DNA of 32,000 bases from Cereibacter sphaeroides 2.4.1 (GTDB lineage: Bacteria; Pseudomonadota; Alphaproteobacteria; Rhodobacterales; Rhodobacteraceae), in contig NC_007493.2 in the NCBI RefSeq assembly GCF_000012905.2, positions 3,120,001 to 3,152,000 on the forward strand, written 5' to 3'. The notes under the pieces were generated by a model. The model saw only the letters and a list, made by a program, of their open reading frames with translations, did no database searches and was not told where the DNA came from. This document shows, piece after piece, positions 1 through 10,900 of the stretch. A program made the translations under genes and the position numbers. Each line of letters begins with the position of its first letter. The first letter of the stretch is position 1.

Positions 1-17
1 CCGCCTGCCCGCCGGGC

Positions 18-893
18 TCAGGCGCGGATCTCGTCCTCAGCGTAGCCCTGCACGAAGAGCAGCGCGGTCAGGTCGCCGTGGTTGATGCGGATATCGCATT
101 CGGCGGCCACCACCGGCTTGGCGTGCAGCGCCACGCCCGCGTCCGCGCGCTTCAGCATCCCAAGGTCGTTCGCGCCGTCGCCCACCGCCATGGCTTCCGC
201 AACCTCAATCCCCAGCCGGGCGCAGATCTCCTCCAGCGCCGCGAGCTTGGCCTCGCGCCCGAGGATCGGCTCGGCCACCGTGCCGATCAGCGCACCCTCG
301 GCCACATGGAGGACGTTCGCGCGGTGCTCGTCGAAGCCGAGACCCGCCGCCACCTTCTCGGTGAAGGCGGTGAAGCCGCCCGAGACCAGCGCCGCGCGCG
401 CGCCATGGGCCTTCATCGTCTGCACCAGTGCCCGCCCGCCCGGCATGTACTGGATCCGCGTCTCGAACACCCGGTCGATCACCGAGGCGGAGAGGCCCTT
501 CAGAAGCCCCACCCGCTCGCGCAGCGCCGACTCGAAGTTCAGCTCGCCATTCATCGCCCGCCGGGTGATGCCTGCGACATATTCGCCGACGCCCGCCTCG
601 TCGGCCAGCTCGTCGATACATTCCTGCCGGATCATCGTCGAATCCATGTCCGCCAGAAGCAGCTTCTTGCGCCGCCCTCCGGCCGGGACGACCGCGAGAT
701 CGACCTTCAGCGCCTGCAGATCCTCCCAGACCTGCCAGCGGTTCGAAGGCATTGCAGCGACGGGAAATTCCGCCGCCACCCCCGGTTGCAGCCAGCGCGC
801 GTCGCCGCCGCCCCAGGCATTGCGGAGCGACTCGACGGTGGTTCGCTCGAGCCCCGGCGCGGCCGGGTCGGTCATGAGGACGGCAACGAACAT
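18..893 (-). CDS. serB: phosphoserine phosphatase SerB (HAD superfamily), 291 aa
   Basis: ORF 18..1100 trimmed to the internal ATG (cat at 891-893), giving MFVAVLMTD... It carries the HAD motif I LLLADMDSTMI (DxDxT) and motif IV GDGANDL. It sits divergently next to serC-serA. Confidence 0.85.
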   Translation of the reverse strand: MFVAVLMTDPAAPGLERTTVESLRNAWGGGDARWLQPGVAAEFPVAAMPSNRWQVWEDLQALKVDLAVVPAGGRRKKLLLADMDSTMIRQECIDELADEAGVGEYVAGITRRAMNGELNFESALRERVGLLKGLSASVIDRVFETRIQYMPGGRALVQTMKAHGARAALVSGGFTAFTEKVAAGLGFDEHRANVLHVAEGALIGTVAEPILGREAKLAALEEICARLGIEVAEAMAVGDGANDLGMLKRADAGVALHAKPVVAAECDIRINHGDLTALLFVQGYAEDEIRA

Positions 894-1032
894 CGCACTC
901 TCCCAAGGTCGCTTTTTCAAGATCGAGCGCCGCTCTAGGACAATTCTTTTCCTTGCGCCAGAGCCTGCCGGGGCGTAATGGCGACAGCGGGACACCTCTC
1001 CCCAACGAGAGGCATCTATCTGGAAGGATACC

Positions 1033-2190
<1,158 letters not shown>

Positions 2191-2220
2191 GCCTTACGCT
2201 CTCTGACCACCGCTTCGGGG

Positions 2221-2238
2221 CGGGGCACCTCTGCCCCG
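2221..2238 (+). promoter_or_regulatory. GC hairpin in the serC-serA spacer (CGGGGCA-cctc-TGCCCCG), possible partial terminator or processing site
   Basis: 7-bp perfect stem with a 4-nt loop, read directly from the sequence. No U-tract follows. Confidence 0.25.
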
Positions 2239-2261
2239 TCCGCTGATCCCCTACCGACAGG

Positions 2262-3866
2262 ATGCCCGACATGGCCCCCCGCGTTCTCGTTTCCGACGAA
2301 CTCTCCGAAACCGCCGTCCAGATCTTCCGCGACCGTGGCGTCGAGGTCGACTACATGCCGAAACTCGGCAAGGACAAGGAAAAGCTGGCCGAGATCATCG
2401 GCCAGTACGACGGCCTCGCGATCCGTTCGGCCACCAAGGTGACCGAGAAGCTGCTCGAGCAGGCCACCAACCTCAAGGTCATCGGCCGCGCCGGCATCGG
2501 GGTCGACAACGTCGATATCCCGGCCGCCTCGCGCAAGGGCGTGATCGTGATGAACACGCCCTTCGGCAACTCGATCACCACCGCCGAACATGCCATCGCG
2601 ATGATGTTCGCCTGCGCCCGGCAGCTGCCCGAGGCCAATGCCTCGACCCATGCCGGCAAGTGGGAGAAGTCGCGCTTCATGGGGGTCGAGCTCTTCAACA
2701 AGACGCTCGGCGTGATCGGCGCGGGCAACATCGGCGGCATCGTCTGCGACCGGGCGCTGGGGCTCTCGATGAAGGTCGTGGCCTACGATCCCTTCCTGTC
2801 GGAAGAGCGCGCCAAGGCGCTCGGCGTGACCAAGGTCGAGCTCGACGACCTGCTGGCGCGCGCCGATTTCATCACGCTCCATGTGCCGCTGACCGACAAG
2901 ACCCGCAACATCCTGTCGGCCGAAGCTATCGCCAAGACCAAGAAGGGCGTGCGGATCATCAACTGCGCCCGCGGCGGTCTGGTGGACGAGAAGGCGCTGG
3001 CCGAGGCGATCAAGTCGGGCCATGTGGCCGGCGCTGCCTTCGACGTGTTCGAGGTCGAGCCCGCCTCCGAAAGCCCGCTCTTCAACCTGCCGAACGTGGT
3101 CGTGACGCCGCACCTCGGCGCCTCCACGACGGAAGCGCAGGAGAATGTGGCGCTTCAGGTGGCCGAGCAGATGTCCGACTATCTGCTGACGGGCGCGGTG
3201 CAGAACGCGCTCAACATGCCGTCGGTCACGGCGGAAGAGGCCGCGGTCATGGGCCCGTGGGTCAAGCTCGCCGGCCATCTCGGCGCCTTCGTGGGCCAGA
3301 TGACGGACGAGCCGATCAAGGCGATCAACGTGCTCTATGACGGGGCCGTGGGCGAAATGAACCTCGCCGCACTGAACTGCGCCACCATCGCGGGCATCAT
3401 GAAGGCCACCAACCCGGACGTGAACCTCGTCTCGGCTCCGGTCGTGGCCAAGGAGCGCGGGATCCAGATCTCGACCACCACGCAGGCCAAGTCGGGCGCC
3501 TTCGATGCCTACATCAAGCTGACGGTCGTGACCGACAAGCGCGAGCGGTCGGTGGCGGGCACCTGCTTCTCGGACGGCAAGCCGCGCTTCATCCAGATCA
3601 AGGGCATCAACATCGACGCCGAAGTCGGCCGCCACATGCTCTACACCACGAACGAGGACGTGCCGGGCATCATCGGCCTCCTCGGCATGACCATGGGCAA
3701 GAACGGCGTCAACATCGCGAACTTCACCCTCGGCCGGACCTCGGTCGGGCAGGAGGCCATCGCGATCCTCTACCTCGATCAGGCAATCGATCCGAAGGTG
3801 GTGGAGACGCTCGAATCGACCGGCCTCTTCCAGCAGGTGAAGCCGCTCGAATTCGACGTGGCCTGA
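2262..3866 (+). CDS. serA: D-3-phosphoglycerate dehydrogenase SerA, long form with C-terminal ACT domain, 534 aa (531 aa from the alternative ATG at 2271)
   Basis: Rossmann motif GVIGAGNIGG and the 2-hydroxyacid dehydrogenase core (INCARGGLVDE, TPHLGAST). A roughly 200-aa C-terminal regulatory extension is present. The AGGA at 2258 favours the ATG at 2271. Confidence 0.92.
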   Translation: MPDMAPRVLVSDELSETAVQIFRDRGVEVDYMPKLGKDKEKLAEIIGQYDGLAIRSATKVTEKLLEQATNLKVIGRAGIGVDNVDIPAASRKGVIVMNTPFGNSITTAEHAIAMMFACARQLPEANASTHAGKWEKSRFMGVELFNKTLGVIGAGNIGGIVCDRALGLSMKVVAYDPFLSEERAKALGVTKVELDDLLARADFITLHVPLTDKTRNILSAEAIAKTKKGVRIINCARGGLVDEKALAEAIKSGHVAGAAFDVFEVEPASESPLFNLPNVVVTPHLGASTTEAQENVALQVAEQMSDYLLTGAVQNALNMPSVTAEEAAVMGPWVKLAGHLGAFVGQMTDEPIKAINVLYDGAVGEMNLAALNCATIAGIMKATNPDVNLVSAPVVAKERGIQISTTTQAKSGAFDAYIKLTVVTDKRERSVAGTCFSDGKPRFIQIKGINIDAEVGRHMLYTTNEDVPGIIGLLGMTMGKNGVNIANFTLGRTSVGQEAIAILYLDQAIDPKVVETLESTGLFQQVKPLEFDVA

Positions 3867-3915
3867 CACTTCCTTCGGCTGCCCTTCCGGTTTCCGGCCG
3901 GGGCGCATAAGGTGC

Positions 3916-3950
3916 GGAGGTCCGGCGCGGCCGGGCCTCCTTGTCATTTT
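3916..3950 (+). terminator. intrinsic terminator after serA
   Basis: 11-bp stem GGAGGTCCGGC/GCCGGGCCTCC (one G-U pair) with loop GCG, followed by TTGTCATTTT. Confidence 0.6.
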
Positions 3951-3964
3951 CCGGAAGGACCGAG

Positions 3965-4696
3965 ATGCGAAGCTACGCCATCGGCGACATCCACGGGCAC
4001 CTGTCGCTCCTGCAGGAGATCCACGGCCGGATCGCCGCAGACCGCGCGCGGACCGGGGACGACGAGGCGCCTGTCGTGCATATCGGCGATCTGGTCGACC
4101 GCGGCCCCGACAGCCGCGGTGTCGTGGAATATCTGCGGCAGGGGATCGAGCAGGGCGAGAACTGGGTGGTGCTGAAGGGCAACCACGACCGGATGTTCGC
4201 AGGCTTCCTGCGCGACCCGGCCCATCAGGATCCGGGCCTGCGCGGCGACCTCTCGTGGCTCCATCCGCGGCTGGGCGGCGGGCCGACGCTCGAATCCTAC
4301 GGCGTTGCCCATGCCGCCGACCGTCCCGTGGCCATCGTCCACCGCGAGGCCGTTGCGCTGGTTCCGGCCGAGCATGTGGCCTTCATCGAGGCGCTGCCCG
4401 CAGTCTACCGCCGCGACGAGGCGCTTTTCGTCCATGCGGGCATCCGCCCGGGCGTGCCGCTCGCCGAGCAGATCGAAGACGATCTCGTCTGGATCCGCGA
4501 GCCCTTCCTGTCCGATCCGCGCGATCATGGCATGCTCGTCGTCCATGGCCATACGGCCATCGATGCCGTGACGCATTACGGCAACCGGTTGAACCTCGAC
4601 AGCGGCGCGGCCTATGGCGGGCCGCTCTCGGCCGTGGTGATCGAGGGGCGCTCGGTCTGGCAGCTGGGCCCCGAGGGGCGCCGCCCCATCGCCTGA
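3965..4696 (+). CDS. PPP-family metallophosphoesterase (Ser/Thr phosphatase or ApaH-like), 243 aa
   Basis: Motifs GDIHGH, GDLVDRGPDS and GNHD, plus the later HGHT. The start was moved to MRSYAIGDIHG (ATG 3965), which has a GGAAGGA SD. Confidence 0.8.
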   Translation: MRSYAIGDIHGHLSLLQEIHGRIAADRARTGDDEAPVVHIGDLVDRGPDSRGVVEYLRQGIEQGENWVVLKGNHDRMFAGFLRDPAHQDPGLRGDLSWLHPRLGGGPTLESYGVAHAADRPVAIVHREAVALVPAEHVAFIEALPAVYRRDEALFVHAGIRPGVPLAEQIEDDLVWIREPFLSDPRDHGMLVVHGHTAIDAVTHYGNRLNLDSGAAYGGPLSAVVIEGRSVWQLGPEGRRPIA

Positions 4697-4778
4697 TTTC
4701 CCTGTCCGACGTAACGTCACCGGCGCGGTCGCCGGATCGGCGGCTATGGTGCGGCCATCCAGAGAGAAAGGCCGCGCC

Positions 4779-5948
4779 ATGTCCGACATCCTCGTCCTCT
4801 CCGCCGTCCGCACCGCCATCGGCGGCTTCGGCGGCGCGCTCGCCGCGGTCCCGCCGGGCGATCTCGCCACCACCGTCACCCGTGCCGCGCTGGAGCGCGC
4901 AGGCGTGGAGCCCGGCCGCGTGGGGCATGTGGTCTTCGGCCATGTCATCAACACCGAACCGCGCGACATGTATCTCTCGCGCGTGGCGGCGATGCAGGCG
5001 GGTATCCCGTCGGAGGTGCCGGCGATGAACGTGAACCGGCTCTGCGGCTCGGGCGTGCAGGCCGTCGTCTCGGCCATGCAGGCGCTGATGCTGGGCGATG
5101 CCGAGGTGGCGCTGGCGGGCGGCGCGGAATCGATGAGCCGCGCGCCCTATGCGCTGACGACGGCGCGGTGGGGCCAGAAGATGGGCGACACGCGCGCGCT
5201 CGACATGATGACGGGGGCGCTCAACTGCCCCTTCGGCACCGGCCACATGGGCATCACCGCCGAGATCGTGGCCGAGCGCCACGGCATCAGCCGCGAGGAT
5301 CAGGACGCGTTCGCGCTGGAAAGCCAGACCCGCACCGCCCGCGCGCAGGAGGAGGGCCGCTTCGACGGCCAGATCGTTCCGGTCGAGATCGCCTCGCGGA
5401 AGGGGCCGGTCTCCTTCTCCCGCGACGAACATCCCAAGGCCACCACCCTCGAGGCGCTCGCGGGGCTGCGTCCCGCCTTCCAGAAAGGCGGCACGGTGAC
5501 CGCAGGCAATGCGAGCGGGATCAACGACGGGGCCGGGGCGCTGATCCTCGCGCGCGAGGGGGCCGTGCCCGACGCGCGTCCGCTCGGCCGGCTGATCGGC
5601 TATGCCCATGCGGGCGTCGATCCCGAGGTGATGGGGCTGGGGCCGATCCCGGCGGTAAAGGCGCTCTGCGCGCGCACCGGCCTCTCGGTCGCGGATTTCG
5701 ACGTGATCGAGTCGAACGAGGCCTTCGCGGCACAGGCGCTGGCCGTGGCGCGCGCGCTCGATTTCGATCCGGCCAGGGTGAACCCGAACGGCGGCGCCAT
5801 CGCGCTCGGCCATCCGGTCGGCGCCACCGGGGCGATCATCACGGTGAAGGCGCTCCACGAGCTGCACCGGACGGGCGGGCGCCGGGCCCTCGTCACCATG
5901 TGCATCGGCGGCGGGCAGGGGATCGCGCTGGCGCTCGAGCGGGTCTGA
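4779..5948 (+). CDS. acetyl-CoA C-acetyltransferase (thiolase II), 389 aa
   Basis: Thiolase signatures NRLCGSG (active-site Cys), GNASGINDGA, NPNGGAIALGHPVGATG and CIGGGQG. The start is at MSDILVLSAVRT. Confidence 0.9.
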   Translation: MSDILVLSAVRTAIGGFGGALAAVPPGDLATTVTRAALERAGVEPGRVGHVVFGHVINTEPRDMYLSRVAAMQAGIPSEVPAMNVNRLCGSGVQAVVSAMQALMLGDAEVALAGGAESMSRAPYALTTARWGQKMGDTRALDMMTGALNCPFGTGHMGITAEIVAERHGISREDQDAFALESQTRTARAQEEGRFDGQIVPVEIASRKGPVSFSRDEHPKATTLEALAGLRPAFQKGGTVTAGNASGINDGAGALILAREGAVPDARPLGRLIGYAHAGVDPEVMGLGPIPAVKALCARTGLSVADFDVIESNEAFAAQALAVARALDFDPARVNPNGGAIALGHPVGATGAIITVKALHELHRTGGRRALVTMCIGGGQGIALALERV

Positions 5949-5957
5949 GCCTCTGCT

Positions 5958-7982
5958 CTAGCGCAGTCGCACCGCGGTCCGGGCAGAGCGGCCGTCCGCG
6001 TCGATCACCGAAAGGGTGAGGAACCCCGCCGGCAGGTCGAGCAGCGTCTCGCGCCCGCCGAGCGAGACCGCGACCGGCGCCCCGTTCGCGAGCCAGGTGA
6101 AGGGGGCGGTCCCGCCCTCGACCTTCACCTTCAGCCCGCCGCGCAGCCGCTCGACCTCGGCCCCGTCGGGCGGGAAGGCCACCTGCGGCCCGCCCACGGT
6201 CTGGAAGGCCGCCAGCCGCGAGCGGAACCGGCGGAGCGGCTGCGGCAGCTCGGCATTGCTCACGGTCAGGGCCGCGCGCGGCGGGGGCGGCAGCGGATCC
6301 AGCGCGGGCTTCAGCCGGGCGAAGGTGCGGAACAGCACCGGCGCCGCGAGATCGGCGCCGAAGACCCCCGGCACCGGGGTGCCGTCGGCCCGCCCGAGCC
6401 AGATCCCCACCACATGCTGTCCGTCGAACCCCACCGCCCAGGCGTCGCGGTGGCCGTAGCTGGTGCCGGTCTTGTAGGCCAGCCGGTTCGCCGGCGCGCC
6501 GGGCGGCGGCGCCATGCCCGACAGGATGTCCGCCACCTGCCAGGCCGAAACCTCGGACATCAGCCGCCGCCCCGGCGCGCCCTCGCCCTCGACATGGAGC
6601 GGCAGCACCACCCCGCCGCGGGCGAGCGCCGCATAGAGCTGGACCATGTCGGAGAGCGTGACGCCCACGCCTCCCAGCGCCACGGCGAGGCCCGGCTGCC
6701 CGCCCGGCAGCACCGGCTTCACCCCCGCCTGCTCCAGCGCGGACAGAAGCCGCGCCGGCCCCAGCGCATCGGTCAGCGCGACTGCGGGCAGGTTCAGCGA
6801 CATCTGCAACGCCTCGCGCGCGCGGATCTCGCCGCGGAAGATCCGGTCGAAGTTCTGCGGCCGGTAGCCCGCGAAATCCATCGGCCGGTCGTCGAGCAGC
6901 GTCTCGGGATGGGCGAGCCCCTCGTCGAAGGCAAGCCCGTAGATCAGGGGCTTGAGAAGCGAGCCCGGGCTGCGCAGCGCCACCGTCATGTCGAGGAACC
7001 CCTGCCGCCGGTCGGCGCGATAGGCCGCCGATCCGACCGAGGCCAGGATCTCGCCCGAGCGGTGATCGGCCACCAGCATCGCCACCTGAAGCCGCTCGCC
7101 CCGCGCCTCGACCGTCTCGGCGGCCAGCGCCTCGAGCCGTTTCTGCAGGGCCGCGTCGAGCGTCAGCCGGTGCGTCTGGCGCAGCGGATCGGCCTTCGCC
7201 ACCCGGTCGGCCAGATGCGGTGCCACAGCGGGGAAGGGCTTGCGCGCCCGCGGCACCGGCTCCCGCAGGGCAGCCTCGGCGCGGTCGGACTCGATCACCT
7301 CCGCCCGGACGGCGCGGGCGAGGACGCGGGCCCGCGCGGCCTCGGCCCGCTCGGGGTGGCGGTCGGGCCGCCGTCCCTCGGGCGATTGCGGGATGGCGAC
7401 CAGAAGCGCCGCCTCGGCCGCGGTCAGCCGGGCGGGCTCCTTGCCGAGGTAGGAGATCGACGCCGCCCGGATCCCCTCGAGGTTGCCGCCATAGGGCGCC
7501 AGACGGAGGTAGAGCGACAGGATCTCCTCCTTCGAAAGCCGCCGCTCCAGCGCCAGCGCCACCCGCATCTGGCGCAGCTTGCCCGCCACCCGGCCCGTGC
7601 CGCTTTCTTCGAGGAGCCGCGCGACCTGCATGGTGAGGGTCGAGCCGCCCGATACCACCTGCCCGTAGCGCAGCGCCTGCAGCACCGCCCGCGTCAGCGC
7701 CAGCGGATCGATGCCGCCGTGGTCGTAGAAGCGGCCGTCCTCGTAGGCCACGAGCATCTTCAGGAACAGCGGATCGACCGGCCCCGGCTCCAGCCGCCAG
7801 CGGCCGTCGGCGACGGTATAGGCGCGCAGCAGCGTGCCGTCGCGCGCCTCGACCTCGACCGAGGTCTGCAGCGCCAGAGGCGGCATCGCTGTCGCGGCGA
7901 TGAAGCCCTCGACCCCGTCGCGGGCGGCGGCGGCGAGGAACAGCCCCGCCGCCGCCGCGAACAGCCACCGCGCCCGGATCAT
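5958..7982 (-). CDS. pbpC: penicillin-binding protein 1C (bifunctional GT51 / transpeptidase-like), 674 aa
   Basis: N-terminal TM anchor. GT51 motifs are EDGRFYDHGGID and GGSTLTMQ. An SxxK-type motif (PGSLLKP) and a C-terminal PBP1C-type domain are present. Its ATG overlaps the stop of the upstream A2M gene (ATGA). Confidence 0.88.
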   Translation of the reverse strand: MIRARWLFAAAAGLFLAAAARDGVEGFIAATAMPPLALQTSVEVEARDGTLLRAYTVADGRWRLEPGPVDPLFLKMLVAYEDGRFYDHGGIDPLALTRAVLQALRYGQVVSGGSTLTMQVARLLEESGTGRVAGKLRQMRVALALERRLSKEEILSLYLRLAPYGGNLEGIRAASISYLGKEPARLTAAEAALLVAIPQSPEGRRPDRHPERAEAARARVLARAVRAEVIESDRAEAALREPVPRARKPFPAVAPHLADRVAKADPLRQTHRLTLDAALQKRLEALAAETVEARGERLQVAMLVADHRSGEILASVGSAAYRADRRQGFLDMTVALRSPGSLLKPLIYGLAFDEGLAHPETLLDDRPMDFAGYRPQNFDRIFRGEIRAREALQMSLNLPAVALTDALGPARLLSALEQAGVKPVLPGGQPGLAVALGGVGVTLSDMVQLYAALARGGVVLPLHVEGEGAPGRRLMSEVSAWQVADILSGMAPPPGAPANRLAYKTGTSYGHRDAWAVGFDGQHVVGIWLGRADGTPVPGVFGADLAAPVLFRTFARLKPALDPLPPPPRAALTVSNAELPQPLRRFRSRLAAFQTVGGPQVAFPPDGAEVERLRGGLKVKVEGGTAPFTWLANGAPVAVSLGGRETLLDLPAGFLTLSVIDADGRSARTAVRLR

Positions 7983-10900
7983 GGGGTGACGGTGACGCGG
8001 CCCGCCTCGGTCCAGGCGCGGAACTCGGGCCGATACATGTCCTCGACCGAGGCCGCCGGATGGTGGAACGTGCCCGGCGAGACGGCGCGCACGATATAGG
8101 CCAGCCGGAAGGCCTCGCCGTCATAGCGGTCGAGGGCGGCGAGGAAGCGGTCCTGCCGGAACTCGGCATGGGCCACATTCTCGACCGGGGAGAGCCAGTC
8201 GAGCGCATCGACCTGCCCGCCCCGCATCAGGTTCGGGTTGTCGATCTCGAAGCCCGCGGGCAGCGGGTCGTTGACCATGAGCCGCCCCTCGCCATTGCCG
8301 AAGGGCGTCACCTCCAGCACCGCGACCAGCCGGGTGCCCGCAGCGACCGAGCCCGGATCGGCGGCCTCGCCCTCCATCGTGTAGTAGCTCCGCGCGATGG
8401 CATAGCCGTTGCCGCCCGCGGACTCGGGCTCGGAGGGCACGCCGGTGGTGGTCACGGTCAGCACCTGCGGCCCGCCCGAATTGGTGACCGCCACCGCCGG
8501 ATCGCCGTCGCGCAGCAGCCGGACGAGCGGCCCGGTCGCGGGGGTGCCGTCGATGGCGATCCCTTCGAGCTCCGGCCGGTCGATCAGCGCGTTCGTGGCC
8601 AGCAGCGTCCAGACCGCCTCCTGTGTGGAGAGCGTGCCGGTGCGCGCGGCGAGCGAGGTCGTCACCGCCTCGCGGTCCACCGCCTGCGAGCCTGCCTCGG
8701 CCGCGAGCGTCAGCACGGTCGCCGCATCGCGGTAGGCGGTGCCGTAGTCGGCGCGGAACACCTGCTGCGACTGGGCCACGAGCGACCCGTTCAGCCGCGC
8801 GGCCGCCTTGCGGAACATCGCATCCGCCCGCTGCTGATCGCCGTAACTGGCCAGCGCCGCCCCGAGCTGGGCCTGCGCCGCGGGGGTGGAGAAGGCATCC
8901 GCCTTGACGTCCGCATAGTAGCGCAGGTCGCCGATGGCGGCCGCCCCCTCGCGCGCGAGAACCATCAGCGCATAGGCCAGCGCCTCGCCGCCCTCGTCGA
9001 AGTCGGCCGAGTAGTTCACCTGGTTGCGGAGGTTGTCGAGCGCCCGGCGCAGCGCCAGCTCCGGCACCTTGTGCCCCTGCGCCTTCGCCCGCGACAGGAA
9101 GTCGGTGACATAGGCATCGAGCCAGAAGTCGCCCGACTGCGCCTGCCAGAGGCCGAAGGCCCCCTCGGCGGTCTGGTTGGTCAGCACCTCGTCGATGGCC
9201 TGCCCGATCCGCACCGACATGTCCTCGGTGCCGGGCAGGTCGAGCGCCCGGGCCACGCTGCTCAGATAGAGGAGCGGCAGCGCCCGCGACGTGATCTGCT
9301 CGGTGCAGCCGTAGGGATAGCGGTCGAGGCTCGCCAGCAGCCCCGCCGTATCGAGCCGCGCAATCGGGCCGATGGCCATGGTTGCGCGCCCCGTGCCGGG
9401 CACGAAGCCCGCGAACAGGTTGTCGTCCAGCGTGAAGGTCTGGCCGCCCTCCAGCGTCAGCCGGTCGCGCCGCGCGATCTCGGGGTCGTTCACCTCTACC
9501 GGCACGACGAGCCGCTTGGTCAGCTGCTTGCCGTCCGGCGTGGTGAGCGAGACCTCGATCTCCTGCAGGCCCGTCCGGCCGGCCGAGACCGGCACCTCGA
9601 TCCGGGCGCGGCCTTTCTCGGCCAGATCGAGGCCCGAGGGCACCGATCCGACCGTCAGGCCCGGCGAGGAGACATCGAGGCTCACCCGGCCGGCGGGGCC
9701 GGTCGCATGGGCGATATCGAGCAGCAGGCGGCTCTCGTCGCCGGGCGCGAGGAAGCGCGGCAGGCTCGCCGTCACAACGACCGGATCGCGCACCAGCACG
9801 TCCTGCTCGGCATGTCCCACGCCGGTCTTCGACCAGACGACCGCCATCACCCGCACCGTGCCGTTGAAGGCGGGCAGATCGAAGGTGGCGCGGGCGAGAC
9901 CGTCGGGCCCCACCTCGACGGGGCCCGAGAAGAAGGCCACCAGCTCTTCCGTGGGAGGCGGGGCCTGCGTCTGCGCCCGCCCGCCGTCGCCGCCCGAGCG
10001 CACCGAGCCCTGCGCGCCGTTCATCCCGTCGATCAGCCGCCCGTAGAGGTCGCGGATGCCGACGCCGAGTTTCCTCTGCCCGAAGTAATGGTCCTCCGGG
10101 TCGGGCGTCTCGAAGCCGGTGAGGTTCAGGATCCCCACATCGACCGCGGCGAGGGTGGCATAGGCCGTCTCGCCCGGAGCCGTGCCCTCGACCTTCACCG
10201 CGACCTCCATCGGGCCACGCGGCGCGGCCTCGGGCGCGGTCTCGATGCGGGTCGCGAGCTTCTTCTCGCCCGGATCGATGGCGGCATGGGCGAGGCCCAG
10301 CGCCCGGGTCGGGTTGCGCCCTGCCGCCACATCCATCGGCCGCAGGAGCGTGGCCGTCACATAGACGCCCGTCCCCCACTCGTCCGTCACCGGCAGCTCG
10401 ACCAGCGTTTCGCCCTCGCCGACCTCGACCGCCTTCATCGCGATCAGCCGGTTCGAGAGCACGGTGACCAGCGCCTTGCCGGGTGCGCGCGGCACGATGC
10501 GCAGCTGTGCCGTCTCGCCGGGCCGGTAAGCGGGCTTGTCGAGCGACAGCTCCAGCGTGTCGGGCGTGGCGGTCACGTCGGCGGGCGCATACCAGCCGGC
10601 GTAGAAGCTCGTCGAGCTGGCGGCCTGGCGCCCATCGCTGCGCTCGACCACGAGTTCATACTGGCCCCAGTCCACCGGCGCCCCGATCTCGACCGGAGAC
10701 GTGCCGAGCTCCGCCTCGCCCTCGGCCACCGGGGTCCGGGTCTCGACCGGCTCCCAGGCCCAGTTGCCCCATTGCTGATACCATTGATAGTCGGTCTCGA
10801 TCCGGTTCAGCGTCCAGCGCACAGACATCGGCACGGGCGTCTCCTCGGGGCCCACGCCCACCAGCGCGAAGCGCGCGTCGGTGCCCTGCGCCGCCACCCC

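Noticed and set aside
5946-5960. Very tight convergent gene ends: thiolase/pbpC 9 nt apart, and arfB/pncB 8 nt apart at 24705-24718.
   Set aside because: This is real but unremarkable in compact high-GC genomes. There is no structure between the genes to interpret.
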